From: Candidatus Binatia bacterium
GTDB lineage: Bacteria; Desulfobacterota; Binatia; UBA9968; CAXXLF01
Direction: 5' to 3'
Length of the DNA: 64,000 nucleotides
Assembly (NCBI GenBank): GCA_963664015.2
Contig: CAXXLF010000001.1
Coordinates: forward strand, 1,024,001-1,088,000
Shown here: one piece after another, positions 30,955 through 40,934 of the stretch
Numbering within the stretch: position 1 is the first letter of the stretch
Layout: each line of letters starts with the position of its first letter
The notes under the pieces: model-generated
Database searches by the model: none
What the model was told of the DNA's origin: nothing
Seen by the model: the letters and a program-made list of their open reading frames with translations, nothing else
Made by a program: the position numbers and the translations under genes

Positions 30955-33210
30955 TCAAGCAACCCGTTGAGACTGCATCGCCAAGCCGTTTAGTATTTTT
31001 TCCGCAGTAACGGGGAGTTCCGTGATTCGGACACCCGTTGCATCGTAGACCGCATTCGCAATGGCGGGAGCCACCAGACCGATTCCGCATTCCGCGACGG
31101 CCTTGGCTCCGAAAGGACCCGGCCCTTCATTAGCGGGCACACGAGAGGTCGTCATAACGGGTATGTCGCGAACCGTGGGAATCTTATAATCGCCAAAACT
31201 CGTCGTCATTACCCGACCCTCCTCAACGGCCAGGTGCTCTGACATAGTAAAGCCGAACCCCTGCATCACCGCGCCTTCGATCTGGCCCTGATAGATAACC
31301 GGGTTGATGATCTTGGTCACATCGTGAGCCAGGTTGAGCCGGCGAACCGTTACCTGGCCGGTTTCACTATCCACCTCCACCTCGGCCACCATAGCCTGGA
31401 AGGCATAGACATGAGGCTCCTCCGCCTTGCAATGACCGTAACTGTTGGGGAGATCACCTGCTGACTGGTGGGCGATTTCAGACAAACTCAGAGACTTTTT
31501 CTTGCCTCCGGTGAGTACCGCCTTTCCACGCTCCCACCCTACCCGGTTTTTTTCCACACCCCAGTGGCTAGCTGCCTTATCACGCAAAATATCGATGAGC
31601 GCCTCGGTGGTTCGCTGAACGGCTTGCCCTTCCACGTGGGTACCTCTCTGGCCTCTCACTCCTTCATCGTAGGGCCCTGTGTCCGTTCCGCCAACTGCCA
31701 CTTGCACCAAATCCGGATCTACTCCAAGAACCTCCGCAACCACCTGTCTGTGCATCGTGTAGGCACCAACCCCAACGTCCCGAACCGCAGTGGCCAACCG
31801 GAGGGACCCATCGGGCTCCAAGAACAACTTGGCACTGGACTCACCAGTCCCGATATGACGGTCCCCGAGACTGATCCCACGGCCCACAAGAACCCTGGGC
31901 CGCTCCATACCCAACTTGGCTTTGGGTTTTTTCCATCGGGAAACCTCGCCCGCCCGTTGCAATACTTGCAGGGCACAAGGATCGCGAAGAGGCTTCCCAT
32001 TGGGCTTGGTATCCCCCTCCCTTAACGCGTTGAGCTGGCGAAACTCGAGTGGGTCCATCCCCAACGCCTCGGCCATCATATCCATGTGACTCTCTGCCGC
32101 AAACAGGGCCTGGAGCTCACCCGGGGCGCGAAAGTAGCCCGAGGGGACCCGGTTGGTATATACGATATAACCCTCCATCCGAACATGTGGGGTCCGGTAG
32201 GAACCCGCCATGCAGAATGTCCCGTTCATCCCGTTGCGCGGTGTTCGAGCCCCATAGGCACCGCCGTTGTAGAAGATCTTACCGTCCCATGCCCACAGGC
32301 GGCCGTCTCGCTTGACACCGGTGCGTAGCGTAATCACCGCGGCGTGACGGGGCTGCCCGTCTTGAAGCTCCTCCGTATAGCTCTCGACGTATTTAATCGG
32401 CCGCCCGGCCGCCTTGGCCAGATAGTAGGTGCAGATAATATCCTCGCTCCCCTGCTTACCGCCAAAAGAGCCTCCAGTAGAAACCGGGTTAACCACGACC
32501 ATCTCCTCGGGAAGATCCGCGTGCGCCGCTAGCCACGTCCGAATCAGGTAAGGCGCCTGGTGACACTGCCATATGGCAACGCGCCCCTGAGCATCGATTT
32601 CCAAAAGTCCCGCGCGGGGCTCTACAAAGGCATGATGAACCGACTGGGTTTGAAAGGTATGTTCGAAAATTTGATCGGACTCGGCAATACCCTGCTCGAT
32701 GTCTCCTTTCGAGGAACGCTCCACAGACCGGACATTCGTCCAAGACTCGTCCTTGTTCATCCCTTTGTAACTCGCGTAGTCAGGATGAAGGACCGGAGCA
32801 TCGGACTTCATGGCTTCGATTGGATCGAAAACCGCAGGCAACTCTTCGTACTCAACATCGATTAGCCCCAGCGCCTCTTCCACATCCTCCATGGTTTCGG
32901 CTGCCACGGCAGCCACTTTCTCGCCAATGTAGCGAACACGGTCCTGGGCAAGGACCGTCTTGTCCCGAAGGCCGCAACCCTCCAGGCGCGACGAGACATC
33001 CTTACCCGTGATCACTGCCTTCACACCAGGGAGTCTCAGTGCCCTGCTTGTATCGACGCTGACGATTCGGGCATGGGGATAAGGGCTTCGCACATACCCA
33101 CTCCACAGGGCACCCGGCCGATTGACATCCGCCGAATAGACGGAAGCCCCTGTGACTTTACTCTCTCCTTCGATTCGGGGAATTCCCCGACCAATTACGC
33201 TTCTACTCAT
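30955..33210 (-). CDS. Xanthine dehydrogenase-family molybdopterin-binding large subunit
   Basis: KVTG..YSAD, RSPYPHARI, GGSFGGK, YFRAPG, GQIEGAVMQGFG, GAKAVAE. Confidence 0.92.
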   Translation of the reverse strand: MSRSVIGRGIPRIEGESKVTGASVYSADVNRPGALWSGYVRSPYPHARIVSVDTSRALRLPGVKAVITGKDVSSRLEGCGLRDKTVLAQDRVRYIGEKVAAVAAETMEDVEEALGLIDVEYEELPAVFDPIEAMKSDAPVLHPDYASYKGMNKDESWTNVRSVERSSKGDIEQGIAESDQIFEHTFQTQSVHHAFVEPRAGLLEIDAQGRVAIWQCHQAPYLIRTWLAAHADLPEEMVVVNPVSTGGSFGGKQGSEDIICTYYLAKAAGRPIKYVESYTEELQDGQPRHAAVITLRTGVKRDGRLWAWDGKIFYNGGAYGARTPRNGMNGTFCMAGSYRTPHVRMEGYIVYTNRVPSGYFRAPGELQALFAAESHMDMMAEALGMDPLEFRQLNALREGDTKPNGKPLRDPCALQVLQRAGEVSRWKKPKAKLGMERPRVLVGRGISLGDRHIGTGESSAKLFLEPDGSLRLATAVRDVGVGAYTMHRQVVAEVLGVDPDLVQVAVGGTDTGPYDEGVRGQRGTHVEGQAVQRTTEALIDILRDKAASHWGVEKNRVGWERGKAVLTGGKKKSLSLSEIAHQSAGDLPNSYGHCKAEEPHVYAFQAMVAEVEVDSETGQVTVRRLNLAHDVTKIINPVIYQGQIEGAVMQGFGFTMSEHLAVEEGRVMTTSFGDYKIPTVRDIPVMTTSRVPANEGPGPFGAKAVAECGIGLVAPAIANAVYDATGVRITELPVTAEKILNGLAMQSQRVA

Positions 33211-33330
33211 CAAATGTCCTTTCTCTAATCGTATTTCAACGATTCGTTATCCTAATTTTCCTATCCATTTTATTTATAAAAAGGTCACCTAACCCGGTTG
33301 CGGTCTAGCCTAGCACCGTAGTGCCTCCTG

Positions 33331-34290
33331 TCAATCAAGATAACCGCACTGGCGCCAGAATCGCTCCGCCGCCGGGTGCAGGGGAACATCCAGGGGCCCC
33401 TCGGCGCTGTCTCGACACATACGCTCCAAAGGCAGGATCCCCTCACCTTGCCAGGGAATGATTTCTTTTCGCGCCTCCAACGCCGCACAAAAGGAAGCGA
33501 TGGTGTCATCGGGAACATCCGCGTGCGTAAAGACCGGCCAACCGCTAAAATCCAAGGAAGCGACGTCCGCGTCAAGATTGGGATGCTCGGCCTTGGCGAT
33601 GGTGACAGGGCGAAACCCCATGGTTTGCAGCCGCTCCAGTATCGATTCGTCAATGGTCAAGATACGCATTCCCGATTCAAGCGCCCGATCCCCCCACGAG
33701 TCCAGGCTTTCATCGAAGATGCCGTCCACCTCCCCGCGCTCGGCCATTTCCATTCGGGCCCGACCCGGCATTCCGGAATCGTACGTCACCCGGCCGCCCC
33801 AGGAAACGATGTCGTCGAGTGAAAATCCGGCCTGCGAGAGCACTTCGTTAACAAACAGATGCAGCGAATGGTTGGCCTGCCCGCGTAGCGAAACCCGGAG
33901 CGGGAACCGCCGTTCCCGTATATCCGAAAGGGAGACCAAGCCCGTTGCCGCTTTGACGGCGAGCACGAACGTGTCTGATGAAGGGATCACCGTGATAGCC
34001 CTCACGGGGATGGGCGCTTTATAGGGGCCCGTTCCTTTAAAGGCCAGGGTCAGCGGAGCCGAGGGGTTGATAATCGCAACATCCACCTCCCTGCGGGCGA
34101 CCTGGTCGATCCCATCGGGAGTGTCGCTGCCGACAAAGTTCAATTTCCAGGGACCGGGGCCCTGTTCCCGAAGACTGATCTGAGCCTGGGGGTAGGGAAA
34201 GGACCGATGGGCGACCAACTCGGATGTCACTTCCAGCATCAGCCGGGAACGGATAACCGAGGGTGACACACGATCGCTTTTCTTTTCCAT
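33331..34290 (-). CDS. TAXI/NMT1-like solute-binding-fold protein, no signal peptide (paralog 1)
   Basis: TAXI-like C-terminus PLDVPLHPAAERFWRQCGY; TGLVSLSDI; GEVDGIFD. Confidence 0.7.
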   Translation of the reverse strand: MEKKSDRVSPSVIRSRLMLEVTSELVAHRSFPYPQAQISLREQGPGPWKLNFVGSDTPDGIDQVARREVDVAIINPSAPLTLAFKGTGPYKAPIPVRAITVIPSSDTFVLAVKAATGLVSLSDIRERRFPLRVSLRGQANHSLHLFVNEVLSQAGFSLDDIVSWGGRVTYDSGMPGRARMEMAERGEVDGIFDESLDSWGDRALESGMRILTIDESILERLQTMGFRPVTIAKAEHPNLDADVASLDFSGWPVFTHADVPDDTIASFCAALEARKEIIPWQGEGILPLERMCRDSAEGPLDVPLHPAAERFWRQCGYLD

Positions 34291-34367
34291 AAATGCTGCC
34301 TCTCTGGTTGATGGATGCTACGAGCGCATGTCCCAACCCGCTGTATCGGTGGAATTCAATTAACCGA

Positions 34368-35327
34368 TCAAGAGAGATAGCCGCGCCCGCGCCAAAAGCG
34401 CTCTGCCGCCGGATGCAGGGGAATGTCCAGGGGGGAATCCAAGCTGTCTCGACACATCCGCTCCAACGGTAGGGGCCCCTCTCCCTGCCACGGGACCGCT
34501 CCCTTGCGTGCTTCGAGGGCGGCGCAAAAGCAAGTGATGATATCATCCGGTACATCCGCACGGGTAAAGACCGGCCAACCGCTAAAATCCAGTGTCCAGA
34601 CATCCTCCGGAAGCTTGGGGTAGTCGGCCTTTTTAACCACTGCCCGACGAAAGCCCATGGCCTCCAGGCGCTTGAGAAGAGGCTCCTCCAAAGGCAGCAA
34701 ACGCATTCCCAGATCCAAAGCCTTGGGGGCCCAGGAATTCACGGCTTCGTCGAAAATGGCATCCGCCTCTCCGCGCTCCACGATACCGATACGCGTAGCT
34801 CCTGGAATTCCAGGATCATACCGCACTTTGCCGCCCCACGAGTTGATATCGTCCAGTGAGAAACCAAGGAGTGAGAACACATGATTGATGTGAAAATGGT
34901 CCGAATGGTTACGCTGGTCACGGAGCGAAACCCTGAGTGGGAAACGGCGTTCTTTCAAGTCCGATAACGATTTCAAGCCGGTGCTCTCGTGGACGGCAAA
35001 AACAAACTGGTCCAGCGACGGGATCACGGTAATGATCCGCAAGGGGATGGGTTCCTTATATCGACCGGTTCCCTTGAAAGCCAGCGACAGGGGGCCCGCC
35101 GGATTGATGATGGCGATATCCGACTTGCCCTGCGCTACCTCATCGATGGCGTCAGGCGTATCGCTCCCGAACAGATTCAACTTCCAGCTATCCGGCCCTT
35201 GCTCGCGCAGGCTCAAACGTGCCTGTCGATAAGGGAACTCCATCTTACCGACCATCTCGGAGGCCACCTCCAGTACGAGCCGAGAGCGGGTTATTGATGG
35301 AGGGAAATGAGGTATCTTGAAATCCAT
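34368..35327 (-). CDS. TAXI/NMT1-like solute-binding-fold protein, no signal peptide (paralog 2)
   Basis: Strong similarity to 33331-34290; start MDFKIP with GGAAAG RBS. Confidence 0.7.
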   Translation of the reverse strand: MDFKIPHFPPSITRSRLVLEVASEMVGKMEFPYRQARLSLREQGPDSWKLNLFGSDTPDAIDEVAQGKSDIAIINPAGPLSLAFKGTGRYKEPIPLRIITVIPSLDQFVFAVHESTGLKSLSDLKERRFPLRVSLRDQRNHSDHFHINHVFSLLGFSLDDINSWGGKVRYDPGIPGATRIGIVERGEADAIFDEAVNSWAPKALDLGMRLLPLEEPLLKRLEAMGFRRAVVKKADYPKLPEDVWTLDFSGWPVFTRADVPDDIITCFCAALEARKGAVPWQGEGPLPLERMCRDSLDSPLDIPLHPAAERFWRGRGYLS

Positions 35328-35404
35328 GTTGCTTTCCTTTCCTGGAGCCCAGGTTTTGCCGGTTGGCTGTGAGGGGGATGGGGCAATGATATTGCTTAAC
35401 GAGA

Positions 35405-36823
35405 CTAAAAGAGATCCTTCCACTTATCCAAAACACGGCTCCGAAGCTCGGGACTTGCAATATTGGTCTTGGGGAAATCCTTGATCCACTCGTAGGGCTT
35501 GCAGGCGTTGATAATGGCCCGGGAACTGGTGAGGTCTCCCTGTTTCTTTCGTTCAGGCGTCACCCGTGGATCCAGAGGGCTGGAAGGGCAGTCCTTGAGA
35601 ATGGATATGGTGGTCTCCGGGTCGCAGCGGGTTCCGATGGCCCAGAGAACATCTTCCGGGTCGCGGGGATTGATATCCTCATCCACGATCACGACAAACC
35701 GACCCATGTAATCGCCCGACGCCGCCAGACCAGCCTTCATGGCATGGCCGGGATATTGCTGGCGGATCTGAACCACGGTGAACCCCGGAACCCCCAAGGG
35801 CCAGACGTCAAGAACGTCGGTGATACCCGCCTTCAGGAGCTTTTCTTTATGGTTGGGTGCGTTGGTCGGGATGGCAAAGTGACTCCCTGTATGCCGATGA
35901 CGTACGGGAGGCATGCCCAGGATGATGGGATTGTTACGGTGATACAGCGCCTTGATTCGAATCACGGGTTCCGGCCTGGTCCCTGATGCGTAATACCCCG
36001 TCCACTCTCCAAATGGTCCTTCGTCTCTCGATTCCACCTCTGGTGGCGGGACCTCGCCCGCGATGACAATCTCCGAGGTAGCCGGGATAGGAACCCCTGT
36101 TACCGGTTCACGGACCACCTCGACGGGGGCTCCTCGAACATGTCCTACCAGCTCGTACTTAAACAATCCCCGCTTTTGGCCCAACATCGGCGCGGCAGCT
36201 AGAAATACGACAGGCTCCTGGCCGAAGGAAACCACCACCGGACAACTCTCACCCCTCTCCCAATACCTCTTTCGAATTATCGCTCCGGTCTTGGAGGGAG
36301 TGATATAAAGGCCGGCGGTCAGTTTGTCCTGGATCATCACCCGGTAGCAGCCGAAATTCACTTTACCGCTGTCAGGGTCTCTCATGTATACGACACAACC
36401 GGTCCCCAGATAACGTCCCCCATCGTCTTCGTGCCACCTCGGGGTGGGGAACTTCCAGAGGTCGATTCCATCTCCCGTCAGCACGTTTTCAAAGATCGGT
36501 CCCGTCTCAACTTCAACGGGAGGTACGGGCTGGTAGCAGGCTATCTTTTTTGCATAGGCATCCAGCGCGCCGTTCAGGTCGAGATCGAGGGGTAGGTCCA
36601 GCGCAAGGAGCGAACGGCGCAGGTTATCCATCGCATTGGTCAAAATACGATAGCCTTTCGGATAGCCTTTAATGGAGTCAAAGAGGAGGGCCGGACCCAG
36701 TCGTTCGTAGTTGAGTTCGGTAATGGTCCCGATCTCCAGGTCCCAATCGGCATCCTGGACAGACCGTAGCTCCTGGTTTTTATCCAGGGCCGCTACGAAC
36801 TCCCTTAAATCTCTGTATGGCAC
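35405..36823 (-). CDS. UbiD-family prFMN-dependent (de)carboxylase
   Basis: YRDLREFV, GRYLGTG, EGPFGEWTGYY, VVIVDEDI..DVLWAIGTRCDP. Confidence 0.92.
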   Translation of the reverse strand: MPYRDLREFVAALDKNQELRSVQDADWDLEIGTITELNYERLGPALLFDSIKGYPKGYRILTNAMDNLRRSLLALDLPLDLDLNGALDAYAKKIACYQPVPPVEVETGPIFENVLTGDGIDLWKFPTPRWHEDDGGRYLGTGCVVYMRDPDSGKVNFGCYRVMIQDKLTAGLYITPSKTGAIIRKRYWERGESCPVVVSFGQEPVVFLAAAPMLGQKRGLFKYELVGHVRGAPVEVVREPVTGVPIPATSEIVIAGEVPPPEVESRDEGPFGEWTGYYASGTRPEPVIRIKALYHRNNPIILGMPPVRHRHTGSHFAIPTNAPNHKEKLLKAGITDVLDVWPLGVPGFTVVQIRQQYPGHAMKAGLAASGDYMGRFVVIVDEDINPRDPEDVLWAIGTRCDPETTISILKDCPSSPLDPRVTPERKKQGDLTSSRAIINACKPYEWIKDFPKTNIASPELRSRVLDKWKDLF

Positions 36824-37316
36824 TTTGCTTTCCCCTTGGGATTATTAAACGTGGGACCAATCTCATTGTCGACTAAAGACTCGGTTCAATCGCCAGAGAT
36901 TTCCGCCCTATGCGTGTGATTGCCCCACCCACCGTAAACTTCCGCCAAGTACAGACAGTACCGTTTTACCTCAACCCTAGGTTCTACTCATTGCAGCGGG
37001 ATAAGGACAGATGCCAAGAACAGAAAGAGCAGCACCAGACCTAGCTGTCTAATTTCCATCATAAATTATTCGATCTTTCGTTGGAGCTACAAGGCGTTTA
37101 CACCACCCTGTAACTAGGCGCCATATACCAATATAGGCGATGAGCTGTCAAGCAAAGCCGATCCCGAGTTCAGCAGAGAGATTCCCAATCTCTACTCCCA
37201 AAAAAAGGGGAGCCCCCTAGAATTATCATTCCGAGGAAAGCTCGCCCCAATTCCAAATACTCACCAAGCCGGCCCGGTGGATTGCACTGGACCCCAAGAG
37301 CTTGGCCTATCAGTAC

Positions 37317-37724
37317 TTACTCGCTTTTCTTTTTCTTCTTTTTCCCCCTGACTATGATCTCCCTCTTTTCCCCAGTGGCGATCACATAGGGGACCGGATC
37401 GTATTTACCCTTGCTATTATACTTGATCAAAACGACGTCGCCCTTTTTCAGGTCCTTAAGGGATATCTCTTCTTCTGCTAATTTCTTGAACTTGGTCTCC
37501 CCGGGGTCCACGGCAATAATTTCAGCAGCCACCCTACCACGGCGTCTCTTTCCCGTATCGATTTGGATCGTCCTTCTCCCCACTTCATAGACGACTCCCT
37601 CGATGATCTGAGGCGCCTTGCTTCGGCTCCTCTTCTTCTTGCTTTGTTGAGACCATCCGTCCAACGCCATCCCTAGAACAAATGCAGTTGTTAGGAAAAT
37701 AGCTATAAACGTTCGAACCCTCAT
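37317..37724 (-). CDS. Secreted Lys-rich hypothetical protein (OB/DUF5666-like)
   Basis: Signal peptide, AGGAGG RBS, ISLKDLKKGDVVLIKY motif, poly-Lys tail. Confidence 0.65.
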   Translation of the reverse strand: MRVRTFIAIFLTTAFVLGMALDGWSQQSKKKRSRSKAPQIIEGVVYEVGRRTIQIDTGKRRRGRVAAEIIAVDPGETKFKKLAEEEISLKDLKKGDVVLIKYNSKGKYDPVPYVIATGEKREIIVRGKKKKKKSE

Positions 37725-37845
37725 TCTCTAATACCTCCTTTGGCTCAAACTAACCTGTTCTGGATGGGCTTAGACCATATTTTCATAGACCTTGTCAAGA
37801 GGGCTAATGCATCGTGACGCCCAAATCCCCATAGGATTCAGTTCC

Positions 37846-37880
37846 TTGACAGAAACATAGGGATGTCGTAAACACCGTAC
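37846..37880 (+). promoter_or_regulatory. Conserved upstream element of ubiD paralog (copy 1)
   Basis: TTGACAG-N-GGGATGTCGTAAAC.CCGTAC, shared with 40693-40727. Confidence 0.65.
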
Positions 37881-38060
37881 GAACTCACGCACGAGGATCC
37901 GGAACGCTCCCCCCTGTGGAGTCCTAATGCACAACCTGAGGCTGCGAATCAGCAGAGGAAGAAATCGGGAATGTTCCAAAACACCACCATGGGAACCGGC
38001 GCAACACTACTCCACCGTTGTGCTGCGGGGCTCCCAATTAACCAGTAGCGAGGTAAACCG

Positions 38061-39464
38061 ATGAAAGGGTTACAGGAGTTTATTTCTGAATATGAGGCGG
38101 CCTTTCCGGACCTGGTCATCCATGTGGATAAGGAAGTGGACGCCCGTTGGGAAGCCTCGGCCATCGCGCTGAAGGCACAGAAAGAATTACGTGAGCCGCC
38201 GGTGCTTATTTTCAATCGGATTCGCACTACCACGGGGACCCTCTCCAAGTTTCCGGTGGTTTTGAATCTCTTCGCCTCACGCCAACGGGCCGCCTATGCC
38301 GTCGGTTCAGACTTTCAGCAAATTGGTCGAGATCTCTTCCAACGACGGGAGCAGCGAATCAAACCGGTTGTTGTCGACCGCCGCGACGCCTGTGTAAAAC
38401 AAGTAATCAAGACGGGAAATTCTGCCAATTTGCAGGAGATTCCGGCCCTTGTCCACGCCGCATGGGATCCGGGACCCTACGTGTCAGCGGGTTATATAAC
38501 CACTTACGATCCGGACTCGGGCGTCGACAATTGCGCCCTCCAACGGGGTTGGTTTTACGGCGAGAAGGAGATCCGTATTTTTCCCAACCGTGCCAGCCAT
38601 AATCGCTGGAACATCAATAAGCAAGAAAAACTCGGTCAAGACGCTAGGGTCGCCATCTGGATAGGTCATCACCCCGCTGTCTGCATGGGAGCTGAGGCAA
38701 AGATGGGGTATCCGTTGAGCCATTGGGATACCGCCGGCGGATGTCTGGGGGAACCTCTGAGGCTCGTGCCATCAGAGACCCTGGGAGACGACTTCCTGGT
38801 CCCCGCAGATGCCGAATTCGTCATCGAAGGCACTGTCCCCCAAGGCAAACTCAAACCGGAAGGGCCCTTTGGAGAATATACGAGGTATTTTGGCGCCCAA
38901 CGGCTTAACCCTTACATGGAAGTTACCTGCATCAGCCACCGGGAGAATGCCCTTTGGACGTCCATCATCACCGGGTACGCCGACGATCAAATTGGGGCCC
39001 TGCGCCGTGAAGGACTTGTCTTCGAAGCCGTGCAACGGGTAGTCCCACAGCTCCAGGCGGTCTATCGGCCCATGGCCGCTCCCCATCACATGTATTTACA
39101 AATTCGCAAAAACCACGATGCCCAACCCAGAGCCGCCATCATGGCAGCCTTGTCCGTACCCGACGCCATCAAGCATGTTTTCGTGTTCGATCAGGACGTG
39201 GATATCTTTGACGAGCAAGAGGTGCAATGGGCCATCGATACCCGGTCCGACTGGGCCAAAGACCTGATCGTCGTACCCAATCTGGAAGCATCCCACCTGG
39301 AGCCCACCACCAAGGGCGATGGGTTGGGAACTCGCGCAGGGATCGACTGCACCATACCTTCGCCGCCGGCGGTTTACGAGCAGCGCTCTTTCATTCCCCA
39401 GGATGTCATGGACCGTATCAAGCTTGACGACTATCTCCCCAAAGGGAAAGGAACATACCGGTAG
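38061..39464 (+). CDS. UbiD-family decarboxylase (paralog A)
   Basis: DPGPYVSAG, EGPFGEYTRYF, VFVFDQDVDIFD..VQWAIDTR. Confidence 0.9.
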   Translation: MKGLQEFISEYEAAFPDLVIHVDKEVDARWEASAIALKAQKELREPPVLIFNRIRTTTGTLSKFPVVLNLFASRQRAAYAVGSDFQQIGRDLFQRREQRIKPVVVDRRDACVKQVIKTGNSANLQEIPALVHAAWDPGPYVSAGYITTYDPDSGVDNCALQRGWFYGEKEIRIFPNRASHNRWNINKQEKLGQDARVAIWIGHHPAVCMGAEAKMGYPLSHWDTAGGCLGEPLRLVPSETLGDDFLVPADAEFVIEGTVPQGKLKPEGPFGEYTRYFGAQRLNPYMEVTCISHRENALWTSIITGYADDQIGALRREGLVFEAVQRVVPQLQAVYRPMAAPHHMYLQIRKNHDAQPRAAIMAALSVPDAIKHVFVFDQDVDIFDEQEVQWAIDTRSDWAKDLIVVPNLEASHLEPTTKGDGLGTRAGIDCTIPSPPAVYEQRSFIPQDVMDRIKLDDYLPKGKGTYR

Positions 39465-39509
39465 GATTCCACATCCCCAATTCACTGAAATCACGAAGGA
39501 AGGTATCTT

Positions 39510-40625
39510 ATGACAAATCAAGCTTCAAATCCGATAGGTGGCGCTTATGATGGCTGGGTCGCATCACAGGGGATACCGGTCCATGAAGGCTACTTCATTG
39601 AGGACATCAGGACCCTGGAGTTAGGTTGGTGGGAGGCGCGACAGTGCCACAGTGCCTTTATAAAACTGGCAGGCCAGGAAGGCGTCAGCGAAACCCGAGT
39701 CACGGAAATTCCTGCGGGCAAAACCCTTCCACCATCCAGGTTTTTGCTCGACGAAATTGTGTACGTGGGGGACGGACGGGGTATAGCCACGGTTTGGGGC
39801 AACGAAGACAGCCCAAAGCAGACCTTCGAGTGGCAGTCGAACAGCCTGTTTTTGATCCCGCGCAATTACGCGTGCCAGTTAAGCAATATGCAGGGGAATA
39901 AACCCGCCAGACTGCTCCATTACAACTACCTCCCGCTGGCCATGACCATTACGCCGGACCCGAAGTTTTTCTTTAACAACACGCACGTAGATCTAGAACT
40001 CTTGTACGGCAATGGTGGGGAATTTTATTCGGAGGCGAAGGCGGTGAGTGATACCGGGAGTTGGGCCGGGAGAGCGAGTGGCCGAAACATCTGGTTCGGC
40101 AATTTTTTCCCCGACATGAAGAACTGGGACAGGCTGGACACCCACGAGCACAGGGGGGCCGGGGGCAACGTCGTCCTGGTAAAATTTCCGAACTCGGCCA
40201 TGAAGGGACATATGTCGGTCTTCCCTTCCAATACTTACAAGAAAGCCCATCGTCATGGCCCGGGAGTGGTCATCGTGATCCCGTCGGGAGAGGGTTACTC
40301 CATCATGTGGCAAGAGGGGAAGGAAAAGATCGTCATCCCCTGGCATGAGGGCAGTGTGATGGTCCCTCCCGACCACTGGTTTCACCAGCACTTCAATATC
40401 GGGGGTAATCCAGCCCGGTACCTGGCCTTCCACTCGCCGGAAGGACTCGTCGGGTACAGTGAAAAGGTGGAAGAATTAGCAAAGGATCAGATCGAATATC
40501 CCGATGAAGACCGCCAGGTACGGGATACGTTCGAGGCGGAGCTTGGCAAGAGGGGAATCAAGTCTCTGATGCCTGTAGCGGCCTATCAGGATCGGAACTA
40601 TGCGTGGAGCTACCCATCGAGCTAA
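39510..40625 (+). CDS. Bicupin protein, C-terminal metal site only
   Basis: KAHRHGPG..WFHQHFN in the C-terminal domain; the N-terminal cupin lacks His ligands (PPSRFLLDE). Confidence 0.8.
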   Translation: MTNQASNPIGGAYDGWVASQGIPVHEGYFIEDIRTLELGWWEARQCHSAFIKLAGQEGVSETRVTEIPAGKTLPPSRFLLDEIVYVGDGRGIATVWGNEDSPKQTFEWQSNSLFLIPRNYACQLSNMQGNKPARLLHYNYLPLAMTITPDPKFFFNNTHVDLELLYGNGGEFYSEAKAVSDTGSWAGRASGRNIWFGNFFPDMKNWDRLDTHEHRGAGGNVVLVKFPNSAMKGHMSVFPSNTYKKAHRHGPGVVIVIPSGEGYSIMWQEGKEKIVIPWHEGSVMVPPDHWFHQHFNIGGNPARYLAFHSPEGLVGYSEKVEELAKDQIEYPDEDRQVRDTFEAELGKRGIKSLMPVAAYQDRNYAWSYPSS

Positions 40626-40692
40626 AGAACGGTGTTTTCTATGTCGATTCTGATCAGGACTAATCCCGGGACCGGGCCATCGGGGAACCTTA

Positions 40693-40727
40693 TTGACAGC
40701 CACCGGGGGATGTCGTAAACCCCGTAC
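40693..40727 (+). promoter_or_regulatory. Conserved upstream element of ubiD paralog (copy 2)
   Basis: TTGACAGCCACCGGGGGATGTCGTAAACCCCGTAC; same length and layout as 37846-37880. Confidence 0.65.
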
Positions 40728-40934
40728 CATAGGAAGTGGATGTTGTTATTCCGGCAGGGCGAACGTTGGCCCATGGGCAAGATTTAGAACAGGGCTCGTT
40801 CCGCTGGATGGGGTGTGGATTTAAGAGCCCAACGCCCTAATGCCAATTAGGATAACGGAAAATGAAGAGAACTTGCAGTTGGTCAATAATCCATAAACCA
40901 GGACATCAATTTAATAGGCAATAGGGGAGTTGAT

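Noticed and set aside
36988-37062. 24-aa signal-peptide-like ORF (MMEIRQLGLVLLFLFLASVLIPLQ*)
   Set aside because: No clear RBS, and the downstream frame is not recognisable; probably a decayed gene start.
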